Source of the DNA: Candidatus Eiseniibacteriota bacterium
GTDB lineage: Bacteria > Eisenbacteria > RBG-16-71-46
Direction: 5' to 3'
Length of the DNA stretch: 64,000 bases
Assembly: GCA_031370785.1 (NCBI GenBank)
Contig: JANMQY010000140.1
Coordinates: forward strand, 18,627-82,626
A program made the translations under genes and the position numbers. Each line of letters starts with the position of its first letter. The first letter of the stretch is position 1. Shown piece after piece: positions 26,401-36,660 of the stretch. A model generated the notes under the pieces. That model had not been told where the DNA came from, did not search any database, and was given only the letters and a program-made list of their open reading frames with translations.

Positions 26401-28116
26401 GTGCCCAAGGAAGCCCTGCCGCCCGTTCCCGGTACCGAAGGCAATCTGCGCGACTACGACGCGACCCGGCGCTCGTTCGACTGGAAGAGCGTCGAGGCGG
26501 CATTCGACTGGTCACGGACCGGCAAGGTCAACATGGCTCACGAGGCCATCGACCGGCACGCGCGGGGCCCGCGCAAGAACAAGCTCGCGCTGATCTACAC
26601 CGACGGAGAGCGCGTCGAGAAGTACACGTTCGAGGACCTGATGCGGCTCTCGAACCGCTTCGCGAACGCGCTGGTGCGCATGGGTGTCAAGCGCGGCGAC
26701 CGGGTCTTCGTGTTTCTGCCGCGCGTGCCCGAGACCTACATCGGCATTCTCGGCGTGCTCAAGGTCGGCGCGATCCCGAGCCCGCTGTTCGAAGCGTTCA
26801 TGAGCGACGCGGTGCGCGACCGGATGGTGGACGCCGCCGCGGTCGCGCTGCTCACCAACCGGCAGCTGCTCGAGCGCGTGCCCGAGAAGGATCTGCCCGA
26901 CCTGAAGCACGTGATTCTGGTCGGCGGGCGCGGCGACGAAAAGCACTACCGCTCGTTCGACGAAGAGATGGAGAAATCCAGCGACCGCTTCGAGCCGGTA
27001 TGGCTCGGCCGCGAGGACCCTTTGATCCTGCACTACACCTCGGGCTCGACCGGAAAGCCCAAAGGCGCGCTCCACGTTCAGAACGCGATGATCGGCCACT
27101 ATCAGACCGGCCAGTGGGTGCTGGATCTGCAGGAGAGTGACACGTATTGGTGCACCGCCGATCCCGGATGGGTGACCGGCACCTCATACGGCATCTTCGC
27201 GCCGTGGCTGAACGGGGCGACCAACCTGATTCGCGGCGGACGGTTCGACGCCGCGGCGTGGTACAAGACCATCCAGGACCATCGCGTCACCGTGTGGTAT
27301 TCCGCGCCGACCGCGTTCCGCATGTTGATGGCGGCGGGGGAGCAGGTGGTCGAGAAGTTCGACCTCTCCTCGCTGCGGCACGTGCTGTCGGTCGGCGAGC
27401 CGCTCAATCCGGAAGTCGTGCGCTGGGGCTGGCGCGTGTACAAGCGCCGCATTCACGACAACTGGTGGATGACCGAGACCGGCCACCAGCTGATCTCCAA
27501 CTATCCGAGCATGGAGATCCGTCCCGGCTCGATGGGTAAGCCGATTCCCGGCGTCGAAGCCGCGATCCTCGACGAGAACGGCAAGCCGGTCGCGCCGAAC
27601 ACGCTCGGCCTGCTGTGCATCAAGGTCGGCTGGCCCGGCATGATGCGGCAGATCTGGCGGAACCCCGCGAAGTACGAGGAGTACTTCCGATTCCCCGGCT
27701 ACTACTTCAGCGGCGACACTTCGTACGTGGATGAGGACGGCTACTTCTGGTTCCAGGGGCGCGCCGACGACGTGATCAACACCGCCGGGGAGCGCGTCGG
27801 CCCGTTCGAAGTCGAGAGTGCGCTGGTCTCGCACCCGGCCGTCGCCGAGGCCGGGGTGATCGGCAAGCCCGACGAGCTGCGCGGGCAGATCGTGAAAGCA
27901 TTCATCTCGCTGCGCGCCGGATTCGAACCGAGCGATGCGCTCAAGGCCGACATCGCGGCGCACGTGAAGAAGAACCTCGCCGGCCACGCCGCCCCGCGCG
28001 AGATCGAGTTCCGCGACAAGCTGCCCAAGACGCGCTCGGGAAAGATCATGAGGCGCGTGCTCAAGGCATGGGATCAGGGGTTGCCGGCCGGCGACTTGTC
28101 GACGATGGAGGACTGA
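26401..28116 (+). CDS. acsA: Acetate-CoA ligase (Bacillus AcsA-like)
   Basis: YTSGSTGKPKG, SVGEPLNP, DNWWMTETG, LPKTRSGKIMRR. Confidence 0.93.
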   Translation: MPKEALPPVPGTEGNLRDYDATRRSFDWKSVEAAFDWSRTGKVNMAHEAIDRHARGPRKNKLALIYTDGERVEKYTFEDLMRLSNRFANALVRMGVKRGDRVFVFLPRVPETYIGILGVLKVGAIPSPLFEAFMSDAVRDRMVDAAAVALLTNRQLLERVPEKDLPDLKHVILVGGRGDEKHYRSFDEEMEKSSDRFEPVWLGREDPLILHYTSGSTGKPKGALHVQNAMIGHYQTGQWVLDLQESDTYWCTADPGWVTGTSYGIFAPWLNGATNLIRGGRFDAAAWYKTIQDHRVTVWYSAPTAFRMLMAAGEQVVEKFDLSSLRHVLSVGEPLNPEVVRWGWRVYKRRIHDNWWMTETGHQLISNYPSMEIRPGSMGKPIPGVEAAILDENGKPVAPNTLGLLCIKVGWPGMMRQIWRNPAKYEEYFRFPGYYFSGDTSYVDEDGYFWFQGRADDVINTAGERVGPFEVESALVSHPAVAEAGVIGKPDELRGQIVKAFISLRAGFEPSDALKADIAAHVKKNLAGHAAPREIEFRDKLPKTRSGKIMRRVLKAWDQGLPAGDLSTMED

Positions 28117-28218
28117 GGGCGGCCAGCGGCGCGGGCTCGTGAGAAGGGTACGCTCGGCTACGGCATCCTGCCTCCGCCTCGCTCATCGAGACGGCGCCGC
28201 TGGCCGCGCACCCCGGAC

Positions 28219-31200
28219 CTACTTGCCGAGCCCGCCCTGCACTTTGTATGCGGGACGCGGGAGCTTGACCGGTGGGTTCGTCTTCAGCTGCTCGAGCTCC
28301 CACGCGATCGCGCGCTCGAGCTGGAGGTCGCGCCCCGAGACCATCGAATCGGGCGTATTCTCGACCTCGATGTCGGGATCCACTCCGTGGTTCTCGACGT
28401 CCCACACCGCGGTCTTGGGATTCCAGAACCCGAAGTCGGGCATGGTCACGACGCCACCGTCCACCAGCGGCAGGCTATGGCTGATCCCGACCAGTCCGCC
28501 CCAGGTGCGCGTGCCGATCACCGGCCCCACGCCCGCGAGCCGGAAGTAGTAGGGGAAGCAATCGCCACCCGAGCCGGCGTAATGGTTCGCGAGGATGCAC
28601 TTCGGCCCGTCGATCGCGCTCGACGGTGTGCGGAAATCGTTCCCGTCGCGCGTCGACCAGTAGGACCACGTGGTGCGGCGCAGGCGCTCGATGAAGAAGT
28701 CGGGGATGAATCCACCGCCGTTGAAGCGGTCGTCCACGATGATTCCCTGCTTGTCGACCTGCGGGTAGTACTGCTTGGTGAACTCCTGCACACCCCAGGT
28801 CGCGGTGTTAGGCACGTGGATGTACGCGATCCTCCCGTCGGTCGCCTTCCACACCTTCTCGCGGTTGGCGTCGACCCACGCGGTGTAGCGCAGCAGCTGT
28901 TCCCCGGCGATCGGCTTGACCGTGAACGTGCGTGCCTTGGGATCCTTGGCCGATGATCCGACCGTGATCGTGGTGATCTTGCCGGTCGTGCCGGTGAACG
29001 CGGCGTACAGGTTCTCGGGCGCGCGCACCGGCCGGCCGTTCACCGCGATCAGCAGATCGCCCTCGCGCACGTTGACGCCGGGCGCGCCGAGCGGGGCATC
29101 GACCTTCGAGTTCCAGTCGCGGTTGCGATAGATGCGGTCGAAGCGGTAGAGCCCGCTCGCCTTGTCCACCGACCAGTCGGCGCCGAGCAGGCCGACATCG
29201 ACACGCTTGAGGTCGGGATATTCGCCGCCCCCGACGTACGCGTGCGAGGTGGAGAGCTCACCGATCAGCTCGCCGAGGATGTAGTTGAGATCGCTGCGGT
29301 GCGCCACGAACGGCACCAGCTGGCGATAGCGCGCGCCGACCGCGTTCCAGTCGAGCCCGCCCATCGCCGGGTCGTAGTAGAAGTCGCGCTCGAGCCGCCA
29401 CGCCTCGTTGAACATCTGCAGCCACTCCTGACGCGGATCGACCAGCGCCATGAGCTTGTCGGTCGCGACCTTGCCATCGCCGACCTTGTGATCGGGCTTG
29501 ACCTCGACGATGCCGAACGCGTCCTCGGCGCGATACATCACCTTGCCGCCATCCTTCGTCGCGGCGAAGCCGGCGCTCACTCCCGAGATCACGGCCTGGT
29601 CCTTGCGCTCCTCGAAGTCGAACACGTGGATCGACGCGGTGCCCGGGCCGTCCTGTTCGACATCGGGCGGATCGAGCGCGAGGAACAGGAGCTTGTCGGT
29701 GAATGCCTGCAATCCGGCGTAGCGCCCCGCGGCGATCGGCAGCTCGGCGACACGGTTCTGCAGGCCTGCGACATCGATATGCACACTCGTCGCCTTCTGC
29801 GCGTCCTTGCCCTTGCTCTTGTCGCCGCCCTTGCTCTTCTCGTCGCCTTTACCTTTCTCATCGCCCTTCTTGTCCCCGCCGCCCTCGTCTCCGGAATCGA
29901 TGCCTTCTTCGTCGCTGCGCGGTGCGGTCGGCGAAGGCGTCGTGTCGCGGAGCGAGACCGCGTAGATCTTGTTGGTCTCGGGGTATGGAAAGTTGTATTC
30001 GAACTGGAATGCCGGAATGTCGATGGTGCGCTGCGAAACGAAGTACAGCCAGCGTCCGTCCGGATCGAACGCGGGGGAAAAGTCGTCGGTCATGCCGGTC
30101 GAGACCGGCGTGATCTTTCCGCCGTCGAGCGCGTAGAGCATCACGCGGCGGAAGTTGTTCGGCTCCTGGCGCGCATAGGCGATCCAGCGCGAATCGCCCG
30201 ACCAGACGTAGTCGCCGATTTCGGCCTCGTCGCTCTTGTCGACCCTGGTCAGCGCGCCGCTCGCAACGTCGCACCACCACAGGGTCCTGGTCTTGTCCGA
30301 GAACGCGAGCTTCTTCGAATCCGGCGACCACACCGGCTGGAAGCGGAACGTATGCCCGCCCCTGGTGACCTGGCGGTCGGGTGACTTGCCGTCGCTGCCG
30401 ATCACGTGCAGCTCGTATTCACCGCTCTTGTCCGACAGGTACGCGATCCATTTCCCGTCCGGTGACCACGCGGGATCGCGCTCGCGCGCGCCCGGCGTGT
30501 TGGTGAGGTTGCGCACGTCGCCGTGTTCAGCGGGAGCGGTGAACAGCTCGCCGCGCGCCTCGACCACGACGCGCTTCCCCGAAGGCGAGAGGTCGGCGTT
30601 CTCGGTCCACTTGGACACGTCGCGGAATTCGGCGCGCGTCGCGGGCTTGTCGTCGGGAACGAGCACCTGGATCCTGGTGGCCTGCTCGTTCGACAGATTC
30701 ATCACGCAGAGATAGCCGCCGTTTTCGAATACGATCGCATCGCTGCCGATGCTCGGCCACTTCACGTCATACTCGGTGTAATGCGTCACCTGGCGATGCG
30801 CCTTCTTGTCGAGATCGTAGGCCCACAGGTTCGCGGCGCGTCCGCCGCGGTCCGAGCAGTAGTAGATCGTGCGCCCGTGCCACATCGGCCATTCATCGGG
30901 GCCTTCCCAGTCGGTGATGCGTTCGCTGGTGTTGCGCGTGAAATCGTACGTCCAGATGTCGGGCGCGTTGCCGCCCTTGTAGCGCTTCCACGTGCGCCGG
31001 TCGTACTGCGGCGAGACGAACGCGATCTGATGTCCGTCCGGCGAGAACGTGGCATAGCCGGCCTGCTGCAGGGGAAGCACGGTCTCGAATCCGCCGGCGG
31101 CAGGCACGCTCACGAAACGGTCCACGCGAATCGCCGAAGCACGATTCGAGCGCAGCAGGATCTCCTTGCCGTCCGGATACCACTCGGCCACCTGATCGGG

Positions 31201-31536
31201 CGACGGATGCCAGGTGAGGCGCTTCGGCTCGCCGCCTTCGACCGGCACGGAATAGGCGTCCACGTTTCCGTCGTACTCCGCCGTGAACGCGATGGTCCTG
31301 CCATCGGGCGAGAACTTGGGGAACGACTCGACGCCCTCGTGCGAGGTGAGACGGTTCGCGACTCCGCCGGCGCGGGCGACCGACCACAGATCGCCTCCGT
31401 ACACGAACACGATACGCGAGCCTTCGATATCGGGCTGGCGCAGCAGGCGGCACTCCTCGAGCGCGGCGGCGGGCGAGGCGAAGCGGGCGAGCGCCGCAAC
31501 GGTGGCGGCTGCGATCGCTGAGCGAAGACGGAGCAT
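28219..31536 (-). CDS. Tricorn-like S41 protease
   Basis: Signal peptide; two propellers (FSPDG, WSPDS), PDZ domain, DDRFNGGG, AGSGGD, GTRTWGG, ENHGVDPD. Confidence 0.93.
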   Translation of the reverse strand: MLRLRSAIAAATVAALARFASPAAALEECRLLRQPDIEGSRIVFVYGGDLWSVARAGGVANRLTSHEGVESFPKFSPDGRTIAFTAEYDGNVDAYSVPVEGGEPKRLTWHPSPDQVAEWYPDGKEILLRSNRASAIRVDRFVSVPAAGGFETVLPLQQAGYATFSPDGHQIAFVSPQYDRRTWKRYKGGNAPDIWTYDFTRNTSERITDWEGPDEWPMWHGRTIYYCSDRGGRAANLWAYDLDKKAHRQVTHYTEYDVKWPSIGSDAIVFENGGYLCVMNLSNEQATRIQVLVPDDKPATRAEFRDVSKWTENADLSPSGKRVVVEARGELFTAPAEHGDVRNLTNTPGARERDPAWSPDGKWIAYLSDKSGEYELHVIGSDGKSPDRQVTRGGHTFRFQPVWSPDSKKLAFSDKTRTLWWCDVASGALTRVDKSDEAEIGDYVWSGDSRWIAYARQEPNNFRRVMLYALDGGKITPVSTGMTDDFSPAFDPDGRWLYFVSQRTIDIPAFQFEYNFPYPETNKIYAVSLRDTTPSPTAPRSDEEGIDSGDEGGGDKKGDEKGKGDEKSKGGDKSKGKDAQKATSVHIDVAGLQNRVAELPIAAGRYAGLQAFTDKLLFLALDPPDVEQDGPGTASIHVFDFEERKDQAVISGVSAGFAATKDGGKVMYRAEDAFGIVEVKPDHKVGDGKVATDKLMALVDPRQEWLQMFNEAWRLERDFYYDPAMGGLDWNAVGARYRQLVPFVAHRSDLNYILGELIGELSTSHAYVGGGEYPDLKRVDVGLLGADWSVDKASGLYRFDRIYRNRDWNSKVDAPLGAPGVNVREGDLLIAVNGRPVRAPENLYAAFTGTTGKITTITVGSSAKDPKARTFTVKPIAGEQLLRYTAWVDANREKVWKATDGRIAYIHVPNTATWGVQEFTKQYYPQVDKQGIIVDDRFNGGGFIPDFFIERLRRTTWSYWSTRDGNDFRTPSSAIDGPKCILANHYAGSGGDCFPYYFRLAGVGPVIGTRTWGGLVGISHSLPLVDGGVVTMPDFGFWNPKTAVWDVENHGVDPDIEVENTPDSMVSGRDLQLERAIAWELEQLKTNPPVKLPRPAYKVQGGLGK

Positions 31537-31938
31537 GTCAGACGACTCCTTCCAGGTGCGGGGGGCAGACTTGCGGAGCGCGTGCAGTGTCGGGACCTCT
31601 CGCGACGAGGTCAAGCGCCGCGCCCGCCCGAGCGCCGGGCGCGGCGGTCGGCGCGACGAACGCGCGAAGTGACCGCCCGGCGCCGGCGGAAGCTCGCCGC
31701 GGACTCGCGCTGGCGGAAAATTTCAGCTTGCGCGGTGCGGCGTCCTTTTGGATTCTTCGCCCGCTTCGGGTGAAGCGGACGCGCAGACGCACCAGGGGCC
31801 GCCGGAAATCCTAGGGCGGCCTTCGTCCGTGTTTACCTCTTCCCGCAGTTCGGCCGGTCGACCGCGATCGGGCGCAGCCGCCGCGTATCCGGCGGTGTAC
31901 CACCAGGGCGCACGCCCTGCTCTTTCAAGGAGCTTCAA

Positions 31939-32139
31939 GTGGCTCGAGGCACGGTGAAGTGGTTCAACGAGGCAAAGGGTTTCGGATTCATCTCCCAGGA
32001 GGGCGGCGAGGATGTGTTCGTTCATTACTCCGCGATCCAGGGTGACGGTTTCCGCTCCCTCGCCGAGGGCGAGGCGGTGGAGTTCGACGTGACGCGAGGG
32101 CCCAAGGGGCTTCAGGCCGGTAACGTGCGCAAGGCCTGA
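31939..32139 (+). CDS. Cold-shock protein
   Basis: [33 protein letters not shown]. Confidence 0.97.
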   Translation: MARGTVKWFNEAKGFGFISQEGGEDVFVHYSAIQGDGFRSLAEGEAVEFDVTRGPKGLQAGNVRKA

Positions 32140-32174
32140 GGCCTTTCTCTTCTCGAAAAATCACTTCACTCGAT

Positions 32175-32206
32175 CGGGCGGCGCTCCTGCGCCGCCCGTC
32201 GTGTTT
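32175..32206 (+). terminator. Hairpin terminator after csp
   Basis: CGGGCGGCGC-TCCT-GCGCCGCCCG followed by TCGTGTTT. Confidence 0.65.
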
Positions 32207-32422
32207 GGGTCAAATTGCGCGCTGCGCTCGCAAGACCGTCGGAGGCGCTCCCGCCACGACGCCTCGCCGCTGCACGGTCGCGGTGCTGCGTCGCTCGCTA
32301 ACCCGTTGTCAGTCCGCGCGCCCGCCACGGAATTCCCGTCTCAAGGGCACCCCCACCGAGGCCGATAAAACGGTTGTCGCTTCATGCCTCGCAACCCTTA
32401 CCCACGGAGTGGGATCACCTCA

Positions 32423-34180
32423 ATGGACACGAGTGCCCGGACAGCAGAGGACCCTGCGTTTTCAGATGCTCAGGTCGAGGGCGGAGCCACGGTCAAAGCC
32501 GCGGGCGCGCTGCTCAACCAGTTCGCACGCACTCTGAAGACCTGCCGCCTCTACGACGGCGCCAATCCCACGGTCGTGAAGTTCCGTGAAGACCTGACCA
32601 TCAGCGCGCGCGGGCTGCTGAACAAGTACGGCGAGATCGCGTACACGTTCCACTCCGACGACGTGCTGTTCGGCGAGACCTCGCTCTACCCGGCCCGTTC
32701 GCGTGACGACAATCTCGCGCTGGCGTTCTACCGCGATGGCGTACGCACCCTGACCCTGCACCGCGGCATCGAGCCGCGCGAGATCGAGGCGTTGATCGAC
32801 TCGGTGCTGCAGGTGACCGGACAGAACCCGAGCGACGACGACCTGGTCACGTTGCTGTGGGAAGCGCACCTCGATCACGTGTCGATCGACTACGTGCCGG
32901 GCGAGAGCGAGGCGGGCGGGAACAGCACCGCGGCCGACAGCGGCGAGGGCGCGATCATGCCCTGGCCCACCAGCAGCGCGGAAGACGGCGCCGACTCGAC
33001 GACGCCCGAGGCTGCCGTCGAGCCGGAGTCCGGCTCGAGCGCCGAACGCGCTTCGCGCTCGGACGACTGGACGACAGCCGAGCTCACCGACGAGCTCGAG
33101 GCAGGCTTCGAAGAGCTGGATGCGCTGTCGTCGTCCGAGATCGCGCGCTTCATGCGCGAGTACCAGGCAGAGCATCAGGTGCCGATCGTGACTTCGATGC
33201 TGGCGGTCGCCCACGCCTACCTCGACTCCGGTGCGAATCCCGACGATCGCGCCGAGATCGGCCGGTTCCTGCCGCGCGTGCTGCGACTGTCGGTCAGCCT
33301 CGGCGCATGGCTCGAGGCACGCGAAGCGCTCTCGCTGCTGCGCGAATGCAGCAGCCCGGAGTGGTCGGTCGAAACCTTCACGCAGGAGCTGATGCAGCCG
33401 ATCACGATCGCGAGCACGGTCGAGCGCGTCGACGCCGCGGACGGCGCGAACGCCGCGGATTTCATCCAGTTCGCCAGGGGGCTGGGCGACCCCAGCATCG
33501 ATTGGCTCAACCTGGTGCTGGCCGAGAGTCAGAGCCGCCGCGGGCGTCGCGCACTGGCCGAGGCCATCGCCGACATGTGCCGCAGCCACCCGGAGCGGCT
33601 CGCGCCGTGGCTCTCCGATCCGCGCTGGTTCGTGGTGCGCAATGTCGTGCACATCCTCGGATGGATCGGCGGCAACGGCATCGTGGGCTTGCTTCAGAGC
33701 GCCGTGCGCCATCCCGATGCGCGCGTGCGTCTCGAAGTGGTCTCGGCGCTCGGGCACGTGGACGCCAAGTTGGCGCGGCCGCTGCTCACGCGCATGCTCG
33801 AAGGGGCGGACACGCGGATGTTCTGCTCGATCACGCATCAGCTGTCTTCGACCCGGGATCCGCACACCGCGCGCATGATCATGGGCCTGATGATGGATCC
33901 GGCATTCGACCAGCGCCCGGCCGAGGAAAAGCGCGCGATCTATTCCACGATCTCCGCGGTCGGCGGCGACGAGATCGTGCCCGAGCTGGAGGCCGAGATG
34001 CATCGTGGCAACTGGTTCTCGCGCTCGCAGGATGCGCACCGCGCGACGGTCGCCCGCTGCCTCGCCCGGCTCGGCACGCCGCTCTCGCGCATGGTTCTCG
34101 AGCGTGGTGCGCTCTCCAAGCGCGGGCCGCTGCGCAAGGCGTGCGAAGACGCACTGATGGGGTTCAACGACCGTGAGTGA
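32423..34180 (+). CDS. HEAT-repeat protein with unnamed N-terminal domain
   Basis: LSDPRWFVVRNVVHILG, HPDARVRLEVVSALG; acidic linker; overlaps the HD-GYP start. Confidence 0.85.
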   Translation: MDTSARTAEDPAFSDAQVEGGATVKAAGALLNQFARTLKTCRLYDGANPTVVKFREDLTISARGLLNKYGEIAYTFHSDDVLFGETSLYPARSRDDNLALAFYRDGVRTLTLHRGIEPREIEALIDSVLQVTGQNPSDDDLVTLLWEAHLDHVSIDYVPGESEAGGNSTAADSGEGAIMPWPTSSAEDGADSTTPEAAVEPESGSSAERASRSDDWTTAELTDELEAGFEELDALSSSEIARFMREYQAEHQVPIVTSMLAVAHAYLDSGANPDDRAEIGRFLPRVLRLSVSLGAWLEAREALSLLRECSSPEWSVETFTQELMQPITIASTVERVDAADGANAADFIQFARGLGDPSIDWLNLVLAESQSRRGRRALAEAIADMCRSHPERLAPWLSDPRWFVVRNVVHILGWIGGNGIVGLLQSAVRHPDARVRLEVVSALGHVDAKLARPLLTRMLEGADTRMFCSITHQLSSTRDPHTARMIMGLMMDPAFDQRPAEEKRAIYSTISAVGGDEIVPELEAEMHRGNWFSRSQDAHRATVARCLARLGTPLSRMVLERGALSKRGPLRKACEDALMGFNDRE

Positions 34181-35648
34181 CCACTCTCCGGTCCCGCCGG
34201 CTTCGAACGGCGCAGGACACGACGCGCACGATCCCGCGCGGCTGGCCGAGCTGGGCGCGAGCCTGCTGGTCCGCCTTGCCGCGCTCCTGCGCACCGCGAA
34301 GACCTACGACGCCGCGAATCAGGCGTTCCAGCGCCAGCTGCAGGATTGCCACGCGCTGATCGCGCAGATGCTCGAGGACGAAGACGACCTCGCGCTGGTT
34401 GCGGTCACCGACTACTTCTACATCAACGGCGTGCGTATCCGCGCCACCGCCTCGCTGCTCTCGGTCTACCACTCGCTCATGTCGGAGTTCGAGAGGCGCT
34501 CGCTGGGCGGTATTCGTTTCGTGAGCGGCATGTCGCCGGCAGAGCTCGAGCGCTTCTTCCAGCTGTTCATGGCGGCCGAGGATCCGGTGGTGGCCGAGCG
34601 GCTGGCCGACGCGGTGGTCGAGGCGAGCATCCAGCACATCGTGCCCCTGCCCGCAGTCTCGCTGGATGAAGACGACATGACGCAATCGATCGACGACAAG
34701 AAGGACCCGGCATCGGAGCGCGGCCGCGCCAAGCGCGTGTTCTGGCGCGCTGTGCTCGGAACCAAGAAGATCCTGCTGCGCGCCAAGCAGACCGGGCGAC
34801 CCGACCTGCGTCACGCCAAGCGCCTCGTGCAGCCGCTGGTCGACAGCGTCATGCGCCACGAGTACTCGATCGTGGGGCTCACCGCGCTCAAGGACCACGA
34901 CGAATACACGTACGCCCATTGCGTCAACGTGAGCATCCTGTCGGTGAGTATGGGTCAGGTGCTGGGCCTGTCGCGCCAGGCGCTCGCCGATCTCGGCGTC
35001 GCCGCGCTGCTGCACGACATCGGCAAGATCAGCATTCCGGGCGACGTGCTGCGCAAGCCGGCCGCGCTCACCGCCGACGAGTGGGGCCAGATGCGCCGCC
35101 ATCCGCTCGAAGGCGTCAAGATGCTGACGCGCCTGCCCGGGCTCTCGCCGCTGACCCTCGACTCGATGCGGGTGTGCCTCGAACACCACATGAACTTCGA
35201 CCGCACCGGCTATCCCGACATCGGGCACGAGTGGGGGCAGGCGTCGCTGTCGCGGATCGTGGCGATGGCCGACTGCTTCGATGCGATCACCGCGCACCGC
35301 GCGTACCACAAGCGCCCGCGCAGCGCATTCGAGGGGCTCCAGTACCTGATGGGCCCGGTCCGCGTTCAGTTCGACCCGGCGGTGCTCTGGGCTCTGGTGC
35401 GTACCGTGGGCCTGTACCCCGCGGGATCGCTGCTGACCACCGCGTCGGGCGCGGTCGTGCTGTCGGTGAGTCCCAATCCGAAAGATCTCAGGCGCCCGCA
35501 CTGTCGCCTGCTGGTGCGCGCGGATGGCACCGCGGTGCCCGACGATCAGCCCGAGACCTGGGATCCGATGCCGGACACCGAGAGCGTGACCCGCGTGCTC
35601 AAGCCTGAGGAATACTCGGCGAACACCGCTGATCTTCTCGCGGCGTAG
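34173..35648 (+). CDS. HD-GYP cyclic-dinucleotide phosphodiesterase
   Basis: HDEYTYAHCVNV, LHDIGK, HP, EHH...TGYP, ADCFDA, GLYPAGS. Confidence 0.9.
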   Translation: MSDHSPVPPASNGAGHDAHDPARLAELGASLLVRLAALLRTAKTYDAANQAFQRQLQDCHALIAQMLEDEDDLALVAVTDYFYINGVRIRATASLLSVYHSLMSEFERRSLGGIRFVSGMSPAELERFFQLFMAAEDPVVAERLADAVVEASIQHIVPLPAVSLDEDDMTQSIDDKKDPASERGRAKRVFWRAVLGTKKILLRAKQTGRPDLRHAKRLVQPLVDSVMRHEYSIVGLTALKDHDEYTYAHCVNVSILSVSMGQVLGLSRQALADLGVAALLHDIGKISIPGDVLRKPAALTADEWGQMRRHPLEGVKMLTRLPGLSPLTLDSMRVCLEHHMNFDRTGYPDIGHEWGQASLSRIVAMADCFDAITAHRAYHKRPRSAFEGLQYLMGPVRVQFDPAVLWALVRTVGLYPAGSLLTTASGAVVLSVSPNPKDLRRPHCRLLVRADGTAVPDDQPETWDPMPDTESVTRVLKPEEYSANTADLLAA

Positions 35649-35680
35649 GCCGCGACCGGCGCCTTGCGCCGGATGCACGA

Positions 35681-35716
35681 ACGGGCGGCATCGTATTGAT
35701 GCCGCCCGTCGTGTTT
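35681..35716 (+). terminator. Hairpin terminator after HD-GYP
   Basis: ACGGGCGGCATC-GTATT-GATGCCGCCCGT followed by CGTGTTT. Confidence 0.65.
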
Positions 35717-35804
35717 CGGTGGAAGCCCCTCCGCGGCCTTGGACGCTCCCCGTCTCCAACCGCGGTCGGTGGATCCACACGCCTGCTGAATGTGTCGGGC
35801 CCTC

Positions 35805-36476
35805 CTACCTGTCGTCCCGACCGTCTTCGTACTCGTTGTCGTCCTCGTCGCGGCCACGATTGTAGTCACGGCCGCGGTCGTCGTACTGGCCGCGGTAGTA
35901 TCCGCGATCGCGATCGTCGCACTGGCCCCGGCTGTATCCGCGATCGCGCTCCTCGTAGCGGCTGATGCAATACCGACGATCCTGGTTGCCATATCGGCTG
36001 CCGCGGTACCCGGAGATGTCTTCCTCGTACCAGCGGCCGTCATGCCATCTACGCCCGCCGACGCATTCGCCGCTGTTGATGTTCACGACCAGCACCACTC
36101 GGGGGTGGTGGTGATTGCGAAGGTGATAGTCGTAGTCGCTCATCGACGAGAATCGCTCGTCGCAGTACGAGTCGTAGTAGTCACACTCGGGCGGAGGCGC
36201 AGACGCGTACACCGGATGACTGTGGATCGCGCTGCCGACGACCAGGCCGCCGATGAATCCGACCAGCGCCGGGCCGAGGTTGTCCGAGTGATGCTGGACG
36301 ACGACTCGCCGCACCGGGTAGCCGGCGCGTACGTAACGGTCCTCATTGCCGCGATACCTGCGGTGCCCGTTGCCGCGTCCCTGACCGGCATCGGCTTCCG
36401 GAGCAAGCGCGCCCAGCGCCAGCGCCGTGAGCAGGATTCCGGCGGCCCAGCCTCTGGGACTGGAGACTTTCTTCAT
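35805..36476 (-). CDS. Secreted R/D/Y/G-rich protein with Gly-zipper and C2H2-like motif
   Basis: RBS GGAGG; signal peptide ending ADA; LVGFIGGLVVG; DSYC-x12-H-x3-H; 11-aa C-terminal repeats. Confidence 0.75.
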   Translation of the reverse strand: MKKVSSPRGWAAGILLTALALGALAPEADAGQGRGNGHRRYRGNEDRYVRAGYPVRRVVVQHHSDNLGPALVGFIGGLVVGSAIHSHPVYASAPPPECDYYDSYCDERFSSMSDYDYHLRNHHHPRVVLVVNINSGECVGGRRWHDGRWYEEDISGYRGSRYGNQDRRYCISRYEERDRGYSRGQCDDRDRGYYRGQYDDRGRDYNRGRDEDDNEYEDGRDDR

Positions 36477-36527
36477 GTTCCCTCCCTGTCCTCGTAAACG
36501 TGAGCTACTGTCGATGGACTCTCTGTC

Positions 36528-36543
36528 AGCAGGCCGCGTGCCA
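36528..36543 (-). promoter_or_regulatory. Candidate sigma-54 promoter
   Basis: Minus strand TGGCACG-CGGC-CTGCT with correct -24/-12 spacing, about 50 nt upstream of ATG 36476. Confidence 0.6.
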
Positions 36544-36660
36544 GTGGTGGCGCATGGAGTCGAAGCGTTGTGCGGCAGTCGGTTGAGGGGCCAGGCCGCC
36601 AACGGCGAACGAGCTTTGTTGCGCGCCCGCCACAGCGTGCGCAGCGCGCCCGCCGCGCAG

